Source: an uncultured archaeon
GTDB taxonomy: Archaea > Iainarchaeota > Iainarchaeia > Iainarchaeales > CSSED10-239
Reading direction: 5' to 3'
Length of the DNA: 16,095 nucleotides
NCBI GenBank assembly: GCA_964463155.1
Contig: CAYXAY010000016.1
Span: 1-16,095, forward strand
Within the stretch, counting starts at the first letter, position 1, and each line of letters begins with the position of its first letter. Made by a program: the position numbers and the translations under genes. Shown here in pieces: positions 1 through 7,442 of this stretch. A model generated the notes under the pieces. The model saw nothing but the letters and a program-made list of their open reading frames with translations. It did not search any database and was not told the DNA's origin.

Positions 1-1
1 A

Positions 2-844
2 ATTGATTCTGTTAGATTGATTCTTGCAACAATTGGTGAATATAAAGACATTTGCCATTTAAATCTTGAACCAATATTATATTCCGGGAAAATTATCATT
101 AACGAAGCAAAAAACAAAGGAGTAAAACAAATATTTATCACTCACCAATTTTATTCTTTGGATATTTTCCTTAAATATAAAAGTAGTCTAGAAAACACCT
201 CGTATGTAATATTAACAAGCTATGATACAGAATATGATAAGGAGAACCTTGATTATTATACCTACCCATCAAAACCATTGTCAGAATTTAAGAAAATTTA
301 CTATTTCAAAAACAAGATGTGGCTTTCTAGACATTTGTTTGTTTTTAATCATTTTTACGATTTGGGCAATAATAAATATGAATACTATAAATCAAACACT
401 GATTCTTTAAGTGTAATCTTGCAACAAAAAAATGGAAGCAACTGTATGACTCTTATAAATAACAACAAAGAACTAATCTATAATTTTTATTTCCTTGACA
501 ATTCAGTAGATACACAGCCAAAACTTGAAAAAACAATAGACATTAAACTACAAAAAATAAAAAGAGAAGATATTCCTTCACTTAACCTTGCAACAACTGC
601 ACTACAAAAGGGCGGAAGCTATCCTATTCTTTTTCAGATGTGCTATGATCTATGTACCGACGCAATATACTACAACAAATCCAAAGATAAAAACCTTTTC
701 TTTAAGGTCTTTGAAGAGGTTTTAGAAGACAGAAGTTTTTATTCAAAAAACAGGAATATCCAAACAATCTTTGCATTGTATGAAAAACTAAAAATAAAAA
801 TAGAAACAGAACATCTTAAGAAAACGAAAGACGTGAAAAAATAG
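2..844 (+). CDS. hypothetical protein, 5'-partial (reading frame open to the window edge)
   Basis: The frame of the listed 17..844 ORF stays open back to nt 2 (att gat tct gtt aga ttg...), so the TTG at 17 is probably internal and the gene starts upstream of the window. Stop is TAG at 842-844. I recognise no catalytic or family motif. Confidence 0.5.
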   Translation: MDSVRLILATIGEYKDICHLNLEPILYSGKIIINEAKNKGVKQIFITHQFYSLDIFLKYKSSLENTSYVILTSYDTEYDKENLDYYTYPSKPLSEFKKIYYFKNKMWLSRHLFVFNHFYDLGNNKYEYYKSNTDSLSVILQQKNGSNCMTLINNNKELIYNFYFLDNSVDTQPKLEKTIDIKLQKIKREDIPSLNLATTALQKGGSYPILFQMCYDLCTDAIYYNKSKDKNLFFKVFEEVLEDRSFYSKNRNIQTIFALYEKLKIKIETEHLKKTKDVKK

Positions 845-857
845 AAACTGATAACTT

Positions 858-1223
858 ATGAAAATAAATAAAGACTATAAACTAAATGGATTTTCTATAT
901 TGCAGACATCAAAAACCGAATATACTAGATTTCTTAAAAAAATTAATAATCCCAATTACTTGATTTTAAAAAAAACAAATAACCTATCTGTTTTTTTTGA
1001 AATGACGAATCCGGATTTTATGGAATGGGTAATATATATTTTTAAGATTTCTGCTAACGGAATTCAATTGAAAGCCAGTGCAATTACTTTTTTAAAAAAA
1101 CCAACTAAACAAGATATTAAGGATAAAAAATTCTTAGATCAGATACTTGTTAAATCGGAAGATCGCAACTATCTTTTAACGCCTTCAGCAAATTTGCCGT
1201 ATGGAGTTTTTAATTTTAGATAA
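858..1223 (+). CDS. hypothetical protein (121 aa)
   Basis: ATG ORF starting 13 nt after the previous stop, on the same strand. No recognisable motif. Its 3' end overlaps the convergent dtdA 3' end by 8 nt. Confidence 0.4.
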   Translation: MKINKDYKLNGFSILQTSKTEYTRFLKKINNPNYLILKKTNNLSVFFEMTNPDFMEWVIYIFKISANGIQLKASAITFLKKPTKQDIKDKKFLDQILVKSEDRNYLLTPSANLPYGVFNFR

Positions 1224-2004
1224 TTTCAAGATTATTGTTAATAATTAATAATGCCTTGCTTTTTTTTTTCGCCTGCTCTAATAGTTCTTTTAGTTTTTGC
1301 TTGTCGGTTATTTGCTTTAAAGCATAATCTGGAATAATATGCCCAAAACAGAAAAGATTTGAATCATCAAAAGTCAAGCGATTGAATTTTGTACAATAAT
1401 GTGAACCCCCGACCCCAATAGCTTCTCTCCACTTGTTTCTTTCTTTCGTTTCTTTTTTGTTATAGTCCTTTAAAATATTAATTGTGTTGTCCAAAACAAA
1501 ATTTGAGACAATTTGGTTTTTCCAAGAATTCTTGCAAGAGCCAATTTCTATAAATATTGTTGGTTTTTCTAGGTATGGACCATGATGAGTAGCTTCTTGC
1601 TTTATTTCAAATTCTAAAGTTTTTGGCTCGTTTTTATAAAACTTCAAAAGCAAGCACCTAATGAGAATAGGGTCAGTCTTAACTAAGGTTTCGTTATTTC
1701 CGCCAAGTTCAGCTTTCCCCCAATTTCCAATAGCATGAACTGAAATTGTTCGTGGTTTGATGTTTCCAAGAGTTGAGTGTTTAGACATAAACACAACTAG
1801 GTCTATATCTGAATAATTAGAAATTACAAAAGACAAATAATCTTTTTCAAGAAAAATATGCATCTTGTCTATTTCTAGAATAAATATTTTGTTTTTTCCA
1901 GTAATATCCAATACCCCGTTATTAATCTTATAATTATTCTTAAGAGAATTATAGAAATTAAGACTTGCAATGTCAAGTTTACAGAAAACTAAAAGTATAT
2001 TCAT
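1216..2004 (-). CDS. dtdA: D-aminoacyl-tRNA deacylase, archaeal DtdA/DTD2 type
   Basis: The 262 aa product matches my recollection of Pyrococcus DtdA in length and motif order. Shared motifs are SKHST...SVHAIGNWG (family: SRHSS...HxxGNWG), EATHHGP, FIEIGS, GVGGSHY and FGHIIP. Confidence 0.85.
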   Translation of the reverse strand: MNILLVFCKLDIASLNFYNSLKNNYKINNGVLDITGKNKIFILEIDKMHIFLEKDYLSFVISNYSDIDLVVFMSKHSTLGNIKPRTISVHAIGNWGKAELGGNNETLVKTDPILIRCLLLKFYKNEPKTLEFEIKQEATHHGPYLEKPTIFIEIGSCKNSWKNQIVSNFVLDNTINILKDYNKKETKERNKWREAIGVGGSHYCTKFNRLTFDDSNLFCFGHIIPDYALKQITDKQKLKELLEQAKKKSKALLIINNNLEII

Positions 2005-2065
2005 TTAAATATATAACTAAGTAACCATTTATAAATATTTTTAAGCAATAAATATATGATAAATC

Positions 2066-3022
2066 ATGACAAAAAACGAATTTTTAGACGTCGTGATTTC
2101 TGGTCCAGACATGTCCGGAACAAGCACACAAATTACAGATTTAATTAATTATTTTGTTTCAAAAAAAAGAAGAGTAAGAGATATACGTGGAACAGAAATG
2201 GATTTATTATTCCATGCTGAAATTTTTAGAGAATATAACAAGCATTTTATTTCATTAAAGGCCTTTTTAGACTCAGATGAATTCAAGATTTATGAAAAGT
2301 GCAAACTATTGATGGAAATCTATTCTCTTCTTTCAGGTTATAAGAAGGAAAGCGATTTGTGGGTTGGTTCATTTAGAAAAAACCAAATAACAACCTATAT
2401 CAACCCAAACTCTGCAGATGTATGGGTTATGGAAGAGCCAACCAAGAGGGGGGCAGGACAAGTTAACAGAGTAATTGAACAGAACAGAAGCGCTTATGAT
2501 TTAGATGAAACAATTGATGGAAATTCAGCAGCTTTTTGTCATCAAGTTTACAGGATTGATGAATTTTATAGAGTAAGAAAAATACTAAGAGACAATAACA
2601 AGATAATTATAAGAAGTAGAAGCGAAGAATCTGCATGTTATCAGATATATGATGAAAAACATAATGTTCACGGAATAAAACTAGATTACTATTATAATCT
2701 TCCAGGACACAAGATTGCCTTTAAATATCCGCCAACACACATCTTTATTGTTTGTGGGCCAGAAAATTGGGATAAAGAGGACTATTTAAGATTAAAGACA
2801 GCAAGAAGTAATGGAAGAACACTTGATGATCATGAGATAAACACAGATTATCAGTTATTGGTTAACAAAAGATACGCCAGTTCTTGGCTTGATAAACTAT
2901 ACATAAACGGTCGTAAACTACATAACTGTCAAAACCTTCCAGAAATCTACAGATTCAGCATCTTTGACTCAAAAGAAGACATAAAGAGAAAGATGTTTGA
3001 AAGATTAGACACTTTAATTTAA
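2066..3022 (+). CDS. thymidylate-kinase-like (dNMP kinase fold) protein with degenerate catalytic signatures
   Basis: Motif order follows Tmk. VISGPDMSGTSTQ corresponds to IEGxxGxGKST (Walker A Lys replaced by Thr, nt 2102-2128). IIRSRSEESACYQ corresponds to DR[YH]xxSxxAYQ (Asp replaced by Ser, nt 2615-2623). PTHIFIVCGP and RLKTARSNGRTLDDHE correspond to the LID/Arg-rich region. At 318 aa it is about 100 aa longer than a typical Tmk. Confidence 0.6.
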   Translation: MTKNEFLDVVISGPDMSGTSTQITDLINYFVSKKRRVRDIRGTEMDLLFHAEIFREYNKHFISLKAFLDSDEFKIYEKCKLLMEIYSLLSGYKKESDLWVGSFRKNQITTYINPNSADVWVMEEPTKRGAGQVNRVIEQNRSAYDLDETIDGNSAAFCHQVYRIDEFYRVRKILRDNNKIIIRSRSEESACYQIYDEKHNVHGIKLDYYYNLPGHKIAFKYPPTHIFIVCGPENWDKEDYLRLKTARSNGRTLDDHEINTDYQLLVNKRYASSWLDKLYINGRKLHNCQNLPEIYRFSIFDSKEDIKRKMFERLDTLI

Positions 3023-3047
3023 ATAATCTTTGGAAATTAAATTATTC

Positions 3048-4268
3048 ATGGTGGGAAGGATTTTAGAACTAATTTTAAAAGAAAAGAAAAGACAGCAAGA
3101 AACTGTAGAACTTATTGCTTCTGAAAACATTTGTTCTAAAGAGGTTAGAGACGCTTGTGGTTCTGTTCTTACAAACAAGTATGCTGAGGGCTATCCTGGG
3201 AAGAGATATTATTCTGGTTGCGAAGTTGTTGACGAGATTGAAGATTTAGCAAGAGAGAAAGCAAAAGAGCTTTTTAAATGCAAATATGCAAATGTTCAAC
3301 CACATTCTGGTTCTTCTGCAAATTTAATTGCTTATTTTTCTTTATTGGAACCAAAAGACAAAATCCTTGGAATGTCTCTTGACAGTGGTGGCCATCTAAC
3401 GCATGGCTTTAAATTAAATTTCTCAGGAAAACTCTTTGAAAGCTTTAGTTATGGAACTTCTGACAGCGGTTATCTTGATTATAATGATATTTTGAAATTA
3501 GCTAGAGAAATAAATCCAAAAATGATTATTTGTGGGGCTTCTGCTTATCCAAGAAAGATTGACTTTAAAAGATTTAGAGAAATTGCAGATGATGTTGGAG
3601 CCTATCTAATGGCAGATATTGCTCATATTGCTGGGCTTGTGGCAACAGACCTACATCAATCACCATTGCCTTATGCAGACATAGTTACAACAACTACACA
3701 TAAGACATTAAGAGGTCCAAGAGGTGGGCTAATCTTAACAGATAAAGAAGATATTGCCGAAAAAATAAATAAAATTAATTTTCCTGGATTTCAAGGAGGG
3801 CCACTTGAACATATTGTTGCAGCGAAGGCAATATGCTTTGAGGAAGCATTAAAACCAGAGTTTCGTTTCTATCAAGAACAAGTTTTAAAAAACTCCAAAA
3901 CATTAGCAGAAGAACTAATGGATTACGGATTTAAGCTTGTAACTGATGGAACAGATAATCACTTGATACTTGTAGATTTAAGAAACAAAAATATCACCGG
4001 AAAGAAAGCACAAGAGGTTCTAGAAGAAATAAATATTTCAGTAAACAAAAATGGAATACCAAAAGATCCAAAACCGCCAATGACAACATCGGGGATAAGG
4101 ATAGGAACTCCTGCGATAACTACAAGAGGTTTTGGGGACGCACAAATAAAAGTGATTGCAGACTATATCAACCAAGCAATTTCTTACTCTGATAATCAAG
4201 AACTAAAGCAAAGCATAAAACTAAAAATCATAGAAATGCTAAAAGACTATCCAATAGATAAAATATAA
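3048..4268 (+). CDS. glyA: serine hydroxymethyltransferase
   Basis: Near-complete collinear match to bacterial-type SHMT: [52 protein letters not shown] (PLP lysine) and [15 protein letters not shown]. The track starts at TTG 3030. ATG 3048 ([17 protein letters not shown]...) aligns better with the SHMT N-terminus. Confidence 0.95.
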   Translation: MVGRILELILKEKKRQQETVELIASENICSKEVRDACGSVLTNKYAEGYPGKRYYSGCEVVDEIEDLAREKAKELFKCKYANVQPHSGSSANLIAYFSLLEPKDKILGMSLDSGGHLTHGFKLNFSGKLFESFSYGTSDSGYLDYNDILKLAREINPKMIICGASAYPRKIDFKRFREIADDVGAYLMADIAHIAGLVATDLHQSPLPYADIVTTTTHKTLRGPRGGLILTDKEDIAEKINKINFPGFQGGPLEHIVAAKAICFEEALKPEFRFYQEQVLKNSKTLAEELMDYGFKLVTDGTDNHLILVDLRNKNITGKKAQEVLEEINISVNKNGIPKDPKPPMTTSGIRIGTPAITTRGFGDAQIKVIADYINQAISYSDNQELKQSIKLKIIEMLKDYPIDKI

Positions 4269-4435
4269 GGTAAAAAAACAATGCCTGCGAAAATAATATA
4301 CTTTCAAGAAGCTGAGAGAAGAATAGAAAGAGATGGAGGAATAAAAAAACCAGATAAAACTTATAAAAATATATTTAAGAACAAGAGAATGCAATTGTTG
4401 TTACTGCTAATCAGATAATATACAGTTTAAAAGAG

Positions 4436-4660
4436 ATGTGTGTTTCTGTAAGTCAAGAGGGATATTTATTCAAACTAAAAAAAATGGAATATTTAACAAA
4501 AGCATTTTATGCAATTATGATAAAGATTGAAAAGTCTAGTATTGGAGATTCCAACAAAATATTATTAAGAAGAAGAGTCCAAGAAAAAGTTGAAAAGATT
4601 GAAATAATAAAACAGGCAGATGAAGATTTAACAAATGAAATTTTCACAGGAAAGAAATAG
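4436..4660 (+). CDS. hypothetical small protein (74 aa as listed; possibly the distal part of a frameshifted ~127-codon ORF starting at 4281)
   Basis: ATG ORF ending in TAG at 4658-4660. Its frame is open back to 4316 without a start codon. An ATG at 4281, in the frame one base ahead, stops at 4323 just after an A4 run (4319-4322). No family recognised. Confidence 0.3.
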   Translation: MCVSVSQEGYLFKLKKMEYLTKAFYAIMIKIEKSSIGDSNKILLRRRVQEKVEKIEIIKQADEDLTNEIFTGKK

Positions 4661-4664
4661 GTGA
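4659..4664 (+). promoter_or_regulatory. Shine-Dalgarno-like AGGTGA upstream of the thyX ATG
   Basis: aggtga lies 5 nt upstream of ATG 4670. It overlaps the TAG stop of the preceding ORF and the GTG (4661) that the ORF track used as the start. Confidence 0.4.
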
Positions 4665-4669
4665 AAGAC

Positions 4670-6187
4670 ATGGAAGAATTTAAACGAAAAATAAAACTAC
4701 TTGATCATATTGTCTATGAAGTTGTGCAAAAAGAAAATATCCCTTGTTCAATTTCTACAGAGAACTTTGCTGAAGCTCATGCAAGGACCGTTGCTCGTCT
4801 TAGCCAAAGTGCAAAATCTTTTGAGGAGATTGTTTGCGAAACATTAAGTGAAGAAGGCTTTGACAAAGAAAAGATAGGGAATTTCCATAAGAGTATAACA
4901 CTGGGAGTTGCTCATCATTCAATTGAACAGCACGGTAATGTAACGCTTTGTTTTGAAAATACAAGCATGATTGCAACAAACAAATATTGTGAAAACAAAA
5001 GGCTGGCAGCATATCTAGAAAAATCAACAAGATATCAAGACTTTTCAAAACCTTGTTTTATTGTCCCTAAAGAGCTTGACGATAAACCAGAGCTAAAAAA
5101 AGAATATATTGAAACAATGAATTACTTGTTTGAAGTTTATGCCAATATTCTCCCAAAAATTATTGAAGAAATAAAAAAAGAATTTGCAAAAAAAGGCATG
5201 GTCGTTGACGAGAAATCAATAAAAAAGAAAGCATTTGATTCTGCAAGATATGCCCTGCCATCAAGTGCTTATACCAACTTTGCAATGACAACTAATTCGC
5301 AAGTGTTTAGATCTTTGGTTGTTGATCTTTTAACAAACAATATTATTGAGTTTAACGAGATTGGAGAAGAAATGCAAAGAGAGCTTGAAAAGGTTTATCC
5401 TACACTTCTTGAAAAAACTGCTTGTATATTTAGTAAGAAGAGAGAAAATATCAAATTTACTTCAAACACAATTACTCCATTGACCTACAATAGTCAAAAA
5501 AAGATACAAATAAATGATTCTATTTTTGAAAACATTGAAAGCCAAGTAAAAATTATTGGACACACAGACAATGCAGAAAAACTAATTGCTTACAATTATC
5601 TTTTGGATAATGGTTTTTCTGTAGAATATAAAGATAAAGAAGTTTATCTTAATTCCAAAAAATTAGCAAACGAAGAAATAAGCAAATATATTAAACAAGC
5701 ATTTAATTATGATTGCACAGATTATCGATCACACAGAGCATTAGAACTTGCAAATTATAATTTTGAAGGAATTATTGACTTTGGTGCATGGAGGGACCTT
5801 CACAGAAACAGAATGTTAACTTGGATTAGCAGTTTTATATCCCCCGAATATGGTTTTGCTATTCCAATATTCTTGCCAAAAGATGCAGAAGAGGAATATC
5901 TTTCTGGTCTTAAAAAGGCATATGCATTCTGGGTAAAACTTCTAGAAAATGGATTTAATAAAGAATTTTGTCAGTATGTGTGTCCACTTGGCACAAATGC
6001 AAAAATTCTTTATACAATAAATGCAAGAGAAATGGATCACGTCTCAAAGACAAGAACAACAGCGCATGCACATTTCTCATATCGTGTCTTTGTGCATTAC
6101 TGTGTTGAAGAAATAAAGAAAATCAATCCAGATATTGGAAAAAATCTAAAAGATTATTATGATGACCCAATATCTTCAATACATTAA
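4670..6187 (+). CDS. thyX: FAD-dependent thymidylate synthase ThyX-like, long tandem-domain form
   Basis: There are two ThyX-like halves. Half 1 has HHSIEQHGNVTLCFE...NKRLAAYLEKSTRY (nt 4994-5035) and ARYALPSSAYTNFAMTTN. Half 2 has FGAWRDLHRNRMLTW (RNR at 5804-5812) and CPLGTNAKILYTINAREMDHVSKTRTTAHAHFSYR. Motif order in both matches T. maritima ThyX (RHRxxSxxExSxRY ... ARxxLP ... NARS ... R..HAQxEIR). An alternative GTG start lies at 4661. Confidence 0.75.
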   Translation: MEEFKRKIKLLDHIVYEVVQKENIPCSISTENFAEAHARTVARLSQSAKSFEEIVCETLSEEGFDKEKIGNFHKSITLGVAHHSIEQHGNVTLCFENTSMIATNKYCENKRLAAYLEKSTRYQDFSKPCFIVPKELDDKPELKKEYIETMNYLFEVYANILPKIIEEIKKEFAKKGMVVDEKSIKKKAFDSARYALPSSAYTNFAMTTNSQVFRSLVVDLLTNNIIEFNEIGEEMQRELEKVYPTLLEKTACIFSKKRENIKFTSNTITPLTYNSQKKIQINDSIFENIESQVKIIGHTDNAEKLIAYNYLLDNGFSVEYKDKEVYLNSKKLANEEISKYIKQAFNYDCTDYRSHRALELANYNFEGIIDFGAWRDLHRNRMLTWISSFISPEYGFAIPIFLPKDAEEEYLSGLKKAYAFWVKLLENGFNKEFCQYVCPLGTNAKILYTINAREMDHVSKTRTTAHAHFSYRVFVHYCVEEIKKINPDIGKNLKDYYDDPISSIH

Positions 6188-6199
6188 AACGGTGAAAAA

Positions 6200-6343
6200 A
6201 TGATAATTCCTGAGAAAAAAGAACTTATATGTATAGACCCAAACTCTCAAAACCAGGAAAAATGCAAAGAACTTTCTGAGTTAACAATAGACAACAATGG
6301 AACCATAGAATACTTAGAAAAGAAAGTAGATAATTTACTATAG
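6200..6343 (+). CDS. hypothetical small protein (47 aa), absent from the ORF track
   Basis: ATG at 6200 is preceded by ggtga (6191-6195) with a 4-nt spacer. Product is MIIPEKKELICIDPNSQNQEKCKELSELTIDNNGTIEYLEKKVDNLL, with stop TAG at 6341-6343. It is in the same frame as the N-terminal part of the dCMP deaminase. Confidence 0.3.
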   Translation: MIIPEKKELICIDPNSQNQEKCKELSELTIDNNGTIEYLEKKVDNLL

Positions 6344-6376
6344 AAGTTACAAGTAGAGAATATATAAAAAACATAT

Positions 6377-6888
6377 TTGGATGAATACCTTATAAAAATA
6401 GTAGGCGTTGTTTCAAAAAGAGAAAGTTGTCTTTTTGTTTGTTTTGTGGCAGTAATTGTTAAAGATAGCATTATTCAATCAACAGGTTATGTTGGAACAC
6501 CAAGAGAAGCAAAAGACTGTTTTGAAAAAGACAATTGCCTTAGAAGAAAATTAAACACCCTTTCAAGCATACAATATGAACTTTGCATAAGCGTTCATGC
6601 AGAGCAAAATGCAATAATCAATGCTGCAAGAGATAGCACATCAACACTTGGGGGAATCCATTATATTTAGACAAGAAAACCTATCAAGACATAGTTAAAC
6701 CGATTGATTATTTTCCTTGCTTTATCTGTAAAAAACGGATAATCAACTCAGGGATATCAAAAGTTGTTTGTACAACTGCAGACAGAAGTTATAAATCACA
6801 CAATGTTTTAGATTTGGTAGATTATTGTAAAAAGAACTACATCATAGATTATAAAGAAAAATATGGGACAAATTATAAAATAAAATAA
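6377..6888 (+). pseudogene. dCMP (deoxycytidylate) deaminase interrupted by a 1-nt frameshift in a G5 run
   Basis: The N-terminal part (6377-6670) carries DEYLIKIV, VAVIVKD, STGYVGTP and HAEQNAI (HAE at 6596-6604), then ends LGGIHYI-stop. The frame one base back continues NPLYL...PCFICKKRIINSGISKVV (PCxxC at 6715-6729) to TAA at 6886-6888. The switch point is ggggg at 6650-6654. A sixth G, or a -1 slip, gives LGGNPLYL. Only a TTG start is available (6377). Confidence 0.8.
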
Positions 6889-7036
6889 TAATGGCAGAAA
6901 TAATGGAATTTAATAAGAATATATTATAAATTAAATAGATTAGAATATGAACACTTAAAGAAATATGGTCTTAAAAAAATGAATAGAAGAGAATTAGACA
7001 AAGTATTTAAAAAGTAACCTTAAGAATAGATTTATA

Positions 7037-7045
7037 TTTTTTTTT
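7037..7045 (+). terminator. T9 tract, candidate archaeal-type oligo-T terminator downstream of the thymidylate gene string
   Basis: An uninterrupted run of nine T sits in the 203-nt noncoding gap between 6888 and 7092. No supporting hairpin was seen, and T-runs are common at this base composition. Confidence 0.25.
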
Positions 7046-7091
7046 ATTTACTGTATTATTATATTTTATAGTTAAAAATGGTGGTAAACAT

Positions 7092-7442
7092 ATGATAGGA
7101 ATAACAACAAGAACATATCCTTATAGATTGGACTCTATGGGTAAAGAACCATTGGAGCTTTTTATCAAACTTACAAACAGCCCAATCAAAAGAATGCTAA
7201 GCATTGATCTTCTTCTTGACGAGGACTTAAGCTTTAATGCAATCAAGCCAATTAATACTGATTACAAAAGAATTGGAGAATTTGGGGCAGGACAAGTTAA
7301 GGAGATCAGATACCACATCTATCCTTCAGTAGGCGCATATCCTGGACTTAAAAGAATCAAGATACGGGTTGGAGAACACAATAACGACTATAATGTTCTA
7401 GATAATAAAACAGAAAGCACAATAGCAATCACTTTAATTTAA
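7092..7442 (+). CDS. hypothetical protein (116 aa), beta-rich by eye
   Basis: ATG is preceded by tggtgg (7078-7083). No recognisable family. Its stop codon TAA (7440-7442) overlaps the first open codons of the AlkD-like frame. Confidence 0.5.
   Translation: MIGITTRTYPYRLDSMGKEPLELFIKLTNSPIKRMLSIDLLLDEDLSFNAIKPINTDYKRIGEFGAGQVKEIRYHIYPSVGAYPGLKRIKIRVGEHNNDYNVLDNKTESTIAITLI

Noticed and set aside
4436-6187. The 4436..4660 ORF as an N-terminal extension of ThyX, joined through the in-frame TAG at 4658-4660.
   Set aside because: The ThyX-like alignment already begins near residue 10 of the downstream ORF. An AGGTGA Shine-Dalgarno-like element sits at the junction, 5 nt before ATG 4670. Being in the same frame has a 1-in-3 chance expectation. 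Adjacent, translationally coupled genes is the simpler reading.
6889-7091. Several ATG ORFs of up to 12 codons in the gap after the deaminase, for example MAEIMEFNKNIL and MNRRELDKVFKK.
   Set aside because: They are too short, lack ribosome-binding sites, and the region is AT-rich noncoding-like sequence. Sequence alone gives no basis to call them.
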